Below, piece after piece: positions 40,139-49,199 of a DNA stretch of 64,000 nucleotides; position 1 is the stretch's first letter; each line of letters begins with the position of its first letter. The translations under genes were made by a program, and so were the position numbers. Below the pieces are notes generated by a model, which was given only the letters and a program-made list of their open reading frames with translations, did not search any database and had not been told where the DNA came from. Source of the stretch: Bacteroidota bacterium (GTDB taxonomy: Bacteria; Bacteroidota; Bacteroidia; Bacteroidales; WCHB1-69); contig JAGDMF010000013.1 in the NCBI GenBank assembly GCA_017860455.1, forward strand, positions 556 to 64,555. The letters run 5' to 3'.

Positions 40139-42445
40139 ATGAAAAAAACAACCCTCTTTATTATTGCATTGACTACTTGTGTTTTGAGTTATTCTCAACA
40201 GCATGTTTCAAAAACACCAATTGATTATGTGAATCCATTTATTGGAACCCAACGAATGGGGCACACCTATCCGGGTGCAACAGTTCCATTCGGTGCAGTA
40301 CAATTGAGTCCGGAAACCGACACCATCATGATGTATGATGCACAAGGTAAGTACAATTCAAATGTTTATCAATACTGTGCAGGTTATCAATACACCGATT
40401 CAACCATTGTTGGTTTTTCGCACACCCATTTTAGCGGCACCGGACATTCAGATTTAGGAGATCTATTGATCATGCCCACTTATGGCACATTACAACTCAA
40501 TCCGGGCACCTCAGCCAATCCTGAATCCGGTTATAGATCAACCTATTATAAAACAAGTGAAAAGGCGGAGCCCAATTATTACCGGGTTTCTTTAAAGGAA
40601 AAGAAAATTGATGTAGAATTAACCACTACTACCCGGGTAGGAATCCACAGGTACACCTTCCCCAAAACAGATAGTGCACACATCATTTTAGATTTGAATT
40701 ACGGTATTTACAATTATGAGGGGAAGAATATCTGGACCTATATTCGAGTTGTAAATGACACATTGATAACCGGTTACCGAATAACCAACGGATGGGCTAA
40801 AAACAGAACAGTTTACTTTGCTATCGCTTTTTCCAAACCATTTAAAAACTACGGTTTTCAACTTCCAAAAGAGAAATATCAGGGATTCTGGAGACGATTT
40901 GATTTGATTCATCATTTTCCGGAAGCATCAGCCAGAGAGTTAAAAGCTTATTTTGATTTCGAGTTTGAAGATAAGGAACCATTGATGATCAAAGTGGCAA
41001 TATCTCCTGTTTCTCAGGAGGGCGCCATTTTAAATATGCTTACTGAAACACCAACATGGGATTTCGATCATTACAAAAAGGCCGGGCAAGAGGAATGGAA
41101 CCGGGAATTGAATAAAATTAAAGTGGAAACACTGACAGAAAATGACAAAGTAAATTTTTACACCTCTCTATACCACACATTTTTAGGTCCCACCATTTAC
41201 ATGGATGTAGATCGAAAATATAAGGGGTTAGATCAGAATATTCATTCGGCTGACACATTTACTAATTATACATCTTATTCATTATGGGATACTTACAGGG
41301 GATTACATCCTTTATTCACCATCATTCAGCCCACAAGAGTGAATGATATGATTTTATCCATGTTAGCCCATTATGAACAAAACATTCATGGGATGCTCCC
41401 GGTTTGGTCCCACTATGGAAACGAGAACTGGTGTATGATTGGCTATCACAGTGTTTCGGTTATAGCTGATGCTTATATGAAGGGGATCAGAGGATTTGAT
41501 CCTGTTAAAGCGTATTGGGCTTGTGTCAATACTGCCAACAAAGATGAGTATGATGGAATTTACTATTACAAAAAATTAGGATTTGTTCCGGAAGATAAAA
41601 GTTCCAATTCGGCATCCAAAACATTGGAATTTGCTTATGATGACTGGTGTATTGCACAGTTAGGACAAGCCATTAATGATCCAGAAATCAAGTTAAATTA
41701 CCCAACATTTATCAAAAGGTCACAAAATTTTGAAAACTTATTTGATCCCATTACAAAATTTATACGTCCCAAAAACAGCGCCGGACAATTTATCACTGCA
41801 TTTGATCCATTAAACACTCATGGTCAAGGTTTTATTGAAGGCAACGCCTGGAATTACTCCCTTTATGTTCCTCATGATGTTCCTCAATTGGTTAATCTGA
41901 TGGGTGGTGAAAAACGATTTGAACAATATCTGGATTCATTATTTACCATGGAGCTTCCCGATCAATACTTTGAAAATACGGAAGATGTAACCAGAGACGG
42001 CATCATTGGCAATTATGTCCATGGAAATGAGCCTTCCCATCAGTCTGCATTTTTGTATCACTGGACCAAAGCACCTTGGAAAAGTCAGGAACGAGTGAGA
42101 ATGATCCTCAAAAAGATGTATCATACAGAACCTTATGGGTTAAGTGGCAATGATGATTTTGGTCAAATGAGTGCGTGGTATGTTTTCAATGCAATGGGAT
42201 TTTATCCTGTGTGTCCGGGAAGTGAATTATACTATTTTGGTTCTCCCTCCCTGGTACAGGCTAAGTTACAATTAGAAAACGGGAAAACGTTTACTATAAA
42301 AACGGTAAATCAATCTGAGCAAAATATTTACATTCAAAAGGTAATGCTCAATGGAAAAGAACTAAAGGTACCTTATATCAAACATTCAGAAATCACTCAA
42401 GGGGGCGAACTCATTTTTTATATGGGCAAGAAACCTAAAAAATAG
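40139..42445 (+). CDS. Glycoside hydrolase family 92 (alpha-mannosidase)
   Basis: VNPFIGT, GHTYPGA..PFG, SLWDTYR, HGNEPSH, GNDDFGQMSAWYVF. Confidence 0.95.
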   Translation: MKKTTLFIIALTTCVLSYSQQHVSKTPIDYVNPFIGTQRMGHTYPGATVPFGAVQLSPETDTIMMYDAQGKYNSNVYQYCAGYQYTDSTIVGFSHTHFSGTGHSDLGDLLIMPTYGTLQLNPGTSANPESGYRSTYYKTSEKAEPNYYRVSLKEKKIDVELTTTTRVGIHRYTFPKTDSAHIILDLNYGIYNYEGKNIWTYIRVVNDTLITGYRITNGWAKNRTVYFAIAFSKPFKNYGFQLPKEKYQGFWRRFDLIHHFPEASARELKAYFDFEFEDKEPLMIKVAISPVSQEGAILNMLTETPTWDFDHYKKAGQEEWNRELNKIKVETLTENDKVNFYTSLYHTFLGPTIYMDVDRKYKGLDQNIHSADTFTNYTSYSLWDTYRGLHPLFTIIQPTRVNDMILSMLAHYEQNIHGMLPVWSHYGNENWCMIGYHSVSVIADAYMKGIRGFDPVKAYWACVNTANKDEYDGIYYYKKLGFVPEDKSSNSASKTLEFAYDDWCIAQLGQAINDPEIKLNYPTFIKRSQNFENLFDPITKFIRPKNSAGQFITAFDPLNTHGQGFIEGNAWNYSLYVPHDVPQLVNLMGGEKRFEQYLDSLFTMELPDQYFENTEDVTRDGIIGNYVHGNEPSHQSAFLYHWTKAPWKSQERVRMILKKMYHTEPYGLSGNDDFGQMSAWYVFNAMGFYPVCPGSELYYFGSPSLVQAKLQLENGKTFTIKTVNQSEQNIYIQKVMLNGKELKVPYIKHSEITQGGELIFYMGKKPKK

Positions 42446-42480
42446 TGTTTTTGTTATTCTGATTCATCTATTTTTTCATT

Positions 42481-42488
42481 TATATTTG
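42481..42488 (+). promoter_or_regulatory. Bacteroidota sigma-A -7 element for the umuDC-SRAP operon
   Basis: TATATTTG matches TAnnTTTG about 47 bp upstream of the umuD start. Confidence 0.6.
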
Positions 42489-42535
42489 CAATCTAATCGT
42501 AAAAGTCAGAAAAACTTTTAAATTGCTGAAACACC

Positions 42536-42988
42536 ATGCCATTATTAAACTTACATCAGGGTAAAGAACTGGAAATTTTTGCAGCAGAAACAGAAACGGA
42601 CTTAGAATTGCCTTTACTTCCATTTCAAATCAGTGCGGGGTTCCCCTCCCCTGCTTTAGATTTTGTTGATCTTTCTATTGACTTGAACAAACAACTGATT
42701 GAACATCCTTCAGCCACATTTTATGGAAGAGTTAAAGGGGAATCGATGAAAAATGCCGGAATTAATGATGGTGATTTGTTGGTGATTGACAAAAGTATTG
42801 AGCCTGTTGATGGTAAAATAGCGGTTTGTTATCTGGATGGTGAGTTTACGTTAAAACGGATCAAAATCAAAAAAAATGAACTTTGGTTAATACCTGAAAA
42901 CGAGGCTTATAAACCCATAAAAATTGAAGAAAACAACAATCTGACCATCTGGGGGATTGTCACCTATATCATCAAAAAGCCATTGTAA
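42536..42988 (+). CDS. umuD: DNA polymerase V autoproteolytic subunit (S24 peptidase)
   Basis: Cleavage site SAG/FPSPA, catalytic Ser in GESM and Lys in TLKR. Confidence 0.93.
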   Translation: MPLLNLHQGKELEIFAAETETDLELPLLPFQISAGFPSPALDFVDLSIDLNKQLIEHPSATFYGRVKGESMKNAGINDGDLLVIDKSIEPVDGKIAVCYLDGEFTLKRIKIKKNELWLIPENEAYKPIKIEENNNLTIWGIVTYIIKKPL

Positions 42989-44247
42989 TGTTTGCTTTGA
43001 TCGACTGCAACAACTTTTATGCATCCTGTGAAAGGGTGTTTCGTCCCGATTTGAATGGGATTCCGGTTGTTGTTCTTTCCAACAATGATGGGTGTGTGAT
43101 CGCACGGAGTAATGAAGCCAAAGCAATTGGTGTTCCGATGGGCGCTCCGGCTTTTGAAAATGAAGAATTGTTTAGGAAAAACAATGTGCAGGTTTTTTCT
43201 GCTAATTTTGCATTGTATGGAGATATGAGTCATCGTGTGATGACCATTTTGGAAGAGTATAGTCCTGAAATGGAGATCTATAGTATTGATGAAGCATTCC
43301 TTAAACTTAAAAATTTTGACAGAATTGATCTTTATGAGCATGGTAAATCGATGCGAAATAAAGTTTATAAGTGGACCGGAATACCCGTAAGTGTGGGAAT
43401 TGCGCCCACTAAATCGCTTGCCAAGGTAGCCAACAGAATCGCTAAAAAATTTCCTGAAAAAACAGGCAATGTATATATCATTGATACTGAAGAAAAAAGG
43501 ATAAAAGCATTAAAATGGTTATCCGTTGAAGATGTATGGGGAATTGGGCGGCAACATTCAAAAAGATTGTACGCATTAGGAGTAAAAACAGCTTATGATT
43601 TCACCCAATTGGATCCCTACTGGGTTCAAAAACAGATGGCTATTGTCGGATTGAGGTTACAAAAAGACCTCAAAGGGATTCCCACTTTAGATATGGAAAC
43701 GGTTCAGCCTAAAAAAAACATTGCAACCACCCGGACTTTTGAAAAAAACTACACAGAATGGAACGATCTTTCGGAGCGGGTCACCACTTTTGCTGTTTCA
43801 TGTGCTGAAAAGTTAAGACAACAACACTCTTGTTGCAATACCGTGATGGTTTTTGTTCATACCAACTGGCACCGCAAAGATCTGGATCAGTATAGTCGTA
43901 ATATTGTTGTAAAATTACCATTTCCAACTAATTCCGGAATTGAACTCTCCAAATATGCCCTTTTGGGCTTACAAAAAATATTTAAAAAAGGGTACCAGTA
44001 CAAAAAAGCGGGTGTTATAGTGATGGATTTCACTCCTGACAATGAACAACAGTTGGGATTGTTTGAGAATAGAAATGATCGTCACATTCCCTTGATGGAA
44101 GCGATTGATAAAATCAACCACTCTTACGGACAACAAAAAGTGCGTTTAGCTTCACAGGATCAGAAGAAAGTCTGGAAAATGAAACAGGAAAAATTGTCCC
44201 CAAGATATACCACCAAATTATCAGATATCATCATAATCCGTTGTTAG
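42988..44247 (+). CDS. umuC: Y-family DNA polymerase V catalytic subunit
   Basis: [26 protein letters not shown]-terminal [19 protein letters not shown] overlap with umuD. Confidence 0.95.
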   Translation: MFALIDCNNFYASCERVFRPDLNGIPVVVLSNNDGCVIARSNEAKAIGVPMGAPAFENEELFRKNNVQVFSANFALYGDMSHRVMTILEEYSPEMEIYSIDEAFLKLKNFDRIDLYEHGKSMRNKVYKWTGIPVSVGIAPTKSLAKVANRIAKKFPEKTGNVYIIDTEEKRIKALKWLSVEDVWGIGRQHSKRLYALGVKTAYDFTQLDPYWVQKQMAIVGLRLQKDLKGIPTLDMETVQPKKNIATTRTFEKNYTEWNDLSERVTTFAVSCAEKLRQQHSCCNTVMVFVHTNWHRKDLDQYSRNIVVKLPFPTNSGIELSKYALLGLQKIFKKGYQYKKAGVIVMDFTPDNEQQLGLFENRNDRHIPLMEAIDKINHSYGQQKVRLASQDQKKVWKMKQEKLSPRYTTKLSDIIIIRC

Positions 44248-44248
44248 T

Positions 44249-44851
44249 ATGTGTTTTTTTATGCAAATTTCAAAAGATGCTACCGAATTGAAGCATCGAT
44301 TCAATGCCAAATTTGAACATGATTTGGATTTCAGACCTCAGAGTTACAATGGATTTCAATATCCTAAAGTACCAGTAATCACGCACCAAAACAAAGATTT
44401 AATTCAGCTTTTTGAGTGGGGATTGATTCCATCCTGGGCAAAAAATGATGAGATTCAGAAAAACACACTGAATGCCAGAATCGAAACCATTACCGAAAAA
44501 CCCTCCTTTAAATATGTGATCTCAAATAAATGTTTAATCATTGCAGACTCTTTTTTTGAATGGCAATGGTTAGATGAAAAAGGGAAAAAGAAACAAAAAT
44601 ATGAGATCATGTTGCCGGAACATCAATTATTTACTTTTGCCGGATTGTACAATCAATGGGCCGATCCTTCCACTGGAGAAGTTCGCAATACTTTCACCAT
44701 TTTAACCACTGAAGCGGACGAGTTGATGAGTAAAATTCATAATTCCAAGAAACGGATGCCGGTAATTTTAGATCAAAATTCAGAAAATTTATGGCTCAAT
44801 GGAGAACTTAAAACCTTTGTCCATGTTCCCCTTATTGCCAATCCCATCTGA
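44249..44851 (+). CDS. SOS response-associated peptidase (SRAP/YedK/HMCES family)
   Basis: Catalytic Cys2 (MC), WGLIP.W, NARIET, FFEW, IH...RMPVIL. Confidence 0.93.
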   Translation: MCFFMQISKDATELKHRFNAKFEHDLDFRPQSYNGFQYPKVPVITHQNKDLIQLFEWGLIPSWAKNDEIQKNTLNARIETITEKPSFKYVISNKCLIIADSFFEWQWLDEKGKKKQKYEIMLPEHQLFTFAGLYNQWADPSTGEVRNTFTILTTEADELMSKIHNSKKRMPVILDQNSENLWLNGELKTFVHVPLIANPI

Positions 44852-45043
44852 TCAGAATTCTTCATTTGAAATACAAAAAACATATTTTAAGATTAACTTC
44901 CTAAATTTTTGTCCAATTTCGTCATTTTTTGACACATTTCTCAGTTTTTTAAGAAAAAAAATAATATCTTTGTACATTATTAGGGTTATTCCATTCAATT
45001 TAATAAATGGAGAGCCGGGTGTTGAATTAATAAGACGTAAAAT

Positions 45044-47155
45044 ATGGAAATCATGGATCATAACATTCAAAAGTTAGGCAAAAATCCTGAAGATATTCAG
45101 TTTTTTGATTTATTTGATCAGGATGACATTCAAAAATTGCAAGATCTTTTTTCTGCAGCAAACAAAGTATCCTCTGTCATTATGGATCTGGATGGGAATA
45201 TGTTGACCAAACCAAGTAACTTTACTCCATTATGTAAGATGATCATGGAAAAATCGACGAATGGTTCACCTGCTTGTTTTGCTTATGACCAATGGAATAA
45301 AGATCATAAAGATTTAAACAATACAACTGTTTCTCCTTGCACTTTAAGTGGTTATTGGTTTGAGACTGCATTTATTAGTGTTGGTGAAAATCCAATAGCG
45401 ATTTGGCAGATGGGACAGGTTCGCAGTATGTCTTACGACATCAATCAAATTGAAGAGTATGCCAATAAATCAGGGATTGAAAAAACAACCTTTTTGCAAG
45501 CATTTCTAAAAGCACCGGTTGTTACGATTTATGAGTTTGAGAATGTTGCCAAATTGTTTTTTACTATTGCAAATGAACTTTCCGAAAAGGCGTTTCGAAA
45601 TTTACAGTTAAGCCGACAAATTGATGAAATTGAAAAGATCAACAGTGAACTAACTGAAAGTGAACAACGTTTTAAAGCGCTACATGATGCTTCATTCGGT
45701 GGTATTGCGATCCATAAAAATGGGATTATAATTGAGTGTAATTATGGCCTTTCAGATATTTCCGGGTATACCAGAGAAGAGTTGTTGGGATTAGACATTC
45801 TCACATTAATCGATCCTGATTACCTTGATTACGTAACCGATCAGATGAAAAATAAATCTGAGAAATCGTATGAAGTGATGGGACTTCGTAAAAACGGAGA
45901 TTCTTATCCTGTTAGAGTTCAGGGGAAAAATGTTTTTTACAAAGGGGAACCGGTTAGAACTGTAGAGTTTAGAGATATCACGGAACAAAAGTTAGCAGAA
46001 GCTGAACTGATCCGCAAAAAAGAGTTGGCTGAAGAGAGCAACAGAGCAAAATCTGCTTTTATTGCTAATATGAGTCATGACATCAGAACTCCGATGAATG
46101 GAATTTTGGGATTTGCAGATCTTTTAAAAGATGCACATATAACCCCAAAAGAGCAACTCGAATATATTCAGATTATTGAAAATAGTGGTGCTTTAATGTT
46201 GGAGATCATCAATGAGATTATCCATATTTCCAAAATTGAAGCCGGGCTCATCAAAACCAATATATCTTCATTCAACATCAAAGAGTTACTTCAAAACAAT
46301 TTCAATAAATTTGAGCAAACCATAAATCAAAAGGGAATTATTCTTAAATACTACGGCATCAATGCATTGAAGAACTTTATTGTGAAGTCGGATCAGGACA
46401 AAGTGGATGCGATTTTATACTATGTATTAAAATTTGGAATTCAAAACACCATTCAAGGGGGGGTAGAGTTGCAAGTAGTTGAAAAAGATCAAAAATTTGA
46501 ATTTACGATTAAGGACACCGGGCTTGGGATCTCCCCTGAACGGGTTTCCACTATTTTCGACCGGTTCAGTGCTGATCAGTACCTGGAAAAATCACACGAA
46601 AGCAGGGGGTTAGACTTAATTATAGCCAAATCGTACATTGAAATGTTGGGAGGGACGATACATGTAAGCAGTCAGCTCGGATTTGGAACCACTATTGCAT
46701 TTTCATTACCATTAGATTTTGAAAAATACAAAGATTCTCCAGAAACCAATGCCGGAGGACGCACTTTAAATATAGCCAACTTACAGGATTTGAAAGTCTT
46801 GATAGCTGAAGATGATGAAACATCGGCTCTATTATTAAGCACTTATTTAAAACCATACACAAAAGCGATCCTACATTCGCCAAATGGTGAGAAAGCAGTT
46901 GAGATGGCACGTATGAATCCTGATTTGGACTTAATCATGATGGACATTCAGATGCCATTGTTGAATGGATTTAACGCCACCAAACAGATTCGTGAATTCA
47001 ACACCAGTGTGATTGTGATTGCGCAAACAGCCTTTGGATTATCGGGAGATCGGGACAAAGCTTTAGAAGCAGGGTGTTCCGATTACATCTCCAAGCCGAT
47101 CAAGAAAGAGGAGCTCAACGGCATGCTCATCAAGTTCTTCCCGGAAAAGCTGTAA
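45044..47155 (+). CDS. Hybrid sensor: PocR-like domain, PAS, HisKA/HATPase and receiver
   Basis: IQKLQDLFS.A..V.S.I.D..G..LT.PSNF..LC (PocR-like), a PAS domain, H-box SHDIRTPM, receiver AEDD / MDIQMP / SKP. Confidence 0.9.
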   Translation: MEIMDHNIQKLGKNPEDIQFFDLFDQDDIQKLQDLFSAANKVSSVIMDLDGNMLTKPSNFTPLCKMIMEKSTNGSPACFAYDQWNKDHKDLNNTTVSPCTLSGYWFETAFISVGENPIAIWQMGQVRSMSYDINQIEEYANKSGIEKTTFLQAFLKAPVVTIYEFENVAKLFFTIANELSEKAFRNLQLSRQIDEIEKINSELTESEQRFKALHDASFGGIAIHKNGIIIECNYGLSDISGYTREELLGLDILTLIDPDYLDYVTDQMKNKSEKSYEVMGLRKNGDSYPVRVQGKNVFYKGEPVRTVEFRDITEQKLAEAELIRKKELAEESNRAKSAFIANMSHDIRTPMNGILGFADLLKDAHITPKEQLEYIQIIENSGALMLEIINEIIHISKIEAGLIKTNISSFNIKELLQNNFNKFEQTINQKGIILKYYGINALKNFIVKSDQDKVDAILYYVLKFGIQNTIQGGVELQVVEKDQKFEFTIKDTGLGISPERVSTIFDRFSADQYLEKSHESRGLDLIIAKSYIEMLGGTIHVSSQLGFGTTIAFSLPLDFEKYKDSPETNAGGRTLNIANLQDLKVLIAEDDETSALLLSTYLKPYTKAILHSPNGEKAVEMARMNPDLDLIMMDIQMPLLNGFNATKQIREFNTSVIVIAQTAFGLSGDRDKALEAGCSDYISKPIKKEELNGMLIKFFPEKL

Positions 47156-47330
47156 ACAAGGACAGCAGACAGCAGACGGCAGACCTTTCAGAATGCTCGA
47201 ATGCTCGAATGCTCGAATGCTCGATTGCTCATTATTCATTATTCATTATTCATTCGTCTGTAGTCCGTGGTCCGTTGTCTGTAGTCTTTTCATTCGTCTG
47301 TAGTCCGCTGTCCGCCGTCTGCAGTCTTTT
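47156..47330. repeat. Heptamer/octamer mosaic after the kinase stop codon
   Basis: Plus strand reads (CRGCAGA)n, (GAATGCTC)n, (ATTATTC)n, (TGTAGTC-like)n. Confidence 0.9.
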
Positions 47331-47335
47331 TATTA

Positions 47336-47512
47336 GGGCGTGCCGGCTTCCCCACCCACGAGCCTTCCCACGCCGTCGGGCTTTTCCGGGGGTCCGCTTC
47401 GCTCCCGTGCTTCACCGCACTACGCTTAAGAAAATCCAAAACTTCACATAAAAATCATCGCGGCGCTCGTTCCGGTTCGCACCGGCTTCGCCGCCCCTCC
47501 AATCCCTCACGC
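47336..47512 (-). ncRNA. GC-rich structured element, Flavo-1/Bacteroidales-1-like candidate
   Basis: Minus strand GCGTGAGGGATTGGAGGGG...CCCCCGGAAAAGCCCGAC...GGCACGCCC. Closing helix GCGTG/CACGC, stem GCGGCG/CGCCGC, hairpin CCGGT-GCGA-ACCGG. Family name and strand are from recall and unverified. Confidence 0.5.
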
Positions 47513-47542
47513 GACAAAAAACTTCGTTTTTTCTTTAGGAAT

Positions 47543-47722
47543 AGAGACTGGAGACTGGAGATAAATGAATAATGAAAAATGAATAATGAAAAATGAAAAA
47601 TGAATAATGAAAAATGAATAATGAATAATGAAAAATGAATAATGAATAATGAATAATTGAGCACATGAGCAATCGAGCACATGAGCATTTTGAAAGTCTG
47701 CCGTCCGCAGTCTGCAGACTTT
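47543..47722. repeat. Heptamer/octamer mosaic, inverted relative to 47156-47330
   Basis: Plus strand reads GGAGACT repeats, (GAAWAAT)n, (GAGCACAT)n and GTCTGC-type heptamers. Confidence 0.9.
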
Positions 47723-47726
47723 TCTC

Positions 47727-47852
47727 AGCTCCGTAGGAGCGACACCTTTGTAGCAGATGAATTGCCGGTGAAATGAACCCGCCACAGAGTGGCGTTAAAT
47801 TGGTAGCGTATAAATTCCAACCAAACGATCCCGCTCCAGAGGAGCGTTATAT
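47727..47852. repeat. Three regularly spaced REP-like mini-hairpins
   Basis: GCTCC-GTA-GGAGC (47728), CGCCAC-AGA-GTGGCG (47780), CGCTCC-AGA-GGAGCG (47832), about 52-bp period. Confidence 0.7.
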
Positions 47853-47951
47853 TTGTTTTTAAAAAATATGATTATTGTGAACGCATCCATGATCATCTAT
47901 ATTAAAAGAGTTGCCTTATTTGGGTGCTTTTTCAATTATTATGTTGTCATT

Positions 47952-49193
47952 TCAAAAAGGAAAATGATTTTTATCAATTTTTTTTAACTTATATTTTATT
48001 GGTTTCATTTCAATACAATTACCATAAGCATCAACAGCATAAATATCTATTAATTCAATTATATCATTTTCTTTCATTGTTTTAATTTTTTCCTTAAGAT
48101 CATATTTTAACATAGGACTATATAATTGATATTTGAAAATTTCATTTTCTGTTGTAATCTTCACAACACAAGATAATAGGTTATATTCATTATATATGAT
48201 TCCTGAGTTATCTTGAATAAGTAAAGCGTAGCGATTGAATCCTTTTTGGATATATAATACATTTGTTTTCAAATCAATAAGTAAAGGTGCTGATCTGACT
48301 ATTTTAAATTCAATGATTTGAATAGTATCGGAAAAATTTTTAAAATGATGAATTATGTACAATGTTGATTTTTTATAGGAATCGGGTTTGATAATGATAA
48401 TATTATTCTTTCTTATGATAGTTAACTCTTGAGATTTAAAACTTAAGCTATCGGAAAATATTCCGTATTCTTCATTAATTTGAAAAAAATTATCATTGTT
48501 CTTAATTAAGAAAGGATCTATTTTTGTGGTAATTATATCAGGCATAAACTTTATTACAGAAATTGATAATGTGAGATTGTATATATTAGTTAGATCACAT
48601 AATATTGATTTGAAAATGTCAGATTTTATATAAAAATTATTGATAAAAGTATCAATAAGAATGTCGTCAATTAAATCTATCCTATTTTTTTTTGCAATTT
48701 TAAATTCATAAAAAGTATGATCAAAATGTTTTTTTATATTTGAATAATTTTTTTTACATTCAATAATCGTATTGATAAAATCATTTAATGAAGCAAATCT
48801 AATTTTGTCACAAGATGTGTAAGATATTGTATCATTATTAATTGGGAACTCATTTTCTTTCAATAAGAACAATTGATTATCGTATTCAAATGGGTATCCA
48901 AATGAGTTAGACTTTGTCAAAAAAAGGATTATTTTTTCACCAAGTACACATTTTGAAATTTTATGACCACAATCATAGGGACTAATTTCAACTTCAATTA
49001 TTGAATCATTAGATTGTTGAAAAAAGGAACTATCTATTCTGAAAATATATTTTTGATCAGTAAGATGAATAATCTCTCCTAAAAAACAATAATCAGAGAT
49101 TTTAATTATTTCATGTAGTTTCATTTTATATGTGCCAGCATAAGAAAAAGAAACTTCAATGATTAACAAAAGAATTAATGTATATTTTTTCAT
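47952..49193 (-). CDS. Very AT-rich secreted hypothetical protein, C-terminus possibly GldM-like
   Basis: 413 aa with a signal peptide. The tail KIKTMKENDIIELIDIYAVDAYG...MKPIKYKL resembles the last GldM domain. Confidence 0.6.
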   Translation of the reverse strand: MKKYTLILLLIIEVSFSYAGTYKMKLHEIIKISDYCFLGEIIHLTDQKYIFRIDSSFFQQSNDSIIEVEISPYDCGHKISKCVLGEKIILFLTKSNSFGYPFEYDNQLFLLKENEFPINNDTISYTSCDKIRFASLNDFINTIIECKKNYSNIKKHFDHTFYEFKIAKKNRIDLIDDILIDTFINNFYIKSDIFKSILCDLTNIYNLTLSISVIKFMPDIITTKIDPFLIKNNDNFFQINEEYGIFSDSLSFKSQELTIIRKNNIIIIKPDSYKKSTLYIIHHFKNFSDTIQIIEFKIVRSAPLLIDLKTNVLYIQKGFNRYALLIQDNSGIIYNEYNLLSCVVKITTENEIFKYQLYSPMLKYDLKEKIKTMKENDIIELIDIYAVDAYGNCIEMKPIKYKLKKIDKNHFPF

Positions 49194-49199
49194 AATCTA

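Noticed and set aside
42536-44851. Prophage or ICE suggested by umuDC-SRAP
   Set aside because: No integrase, phage or conjugation genes, no att repeats, and composition looks like the flanks.
47078-47155. Diversity-generating retroelement variable region
   Set aside because: No template repeat or reverse transcriptase in the window. The skew involves both C- and G-ending codons at mostly synonymous positions, not adenine-specific diversification.
47727-47852. Possible degenerate CRISPR mini-array
   Set aside because: The conserved part is only about 15 bp and differs between copies. No leader or cas genes, so it is treated as REP-like.
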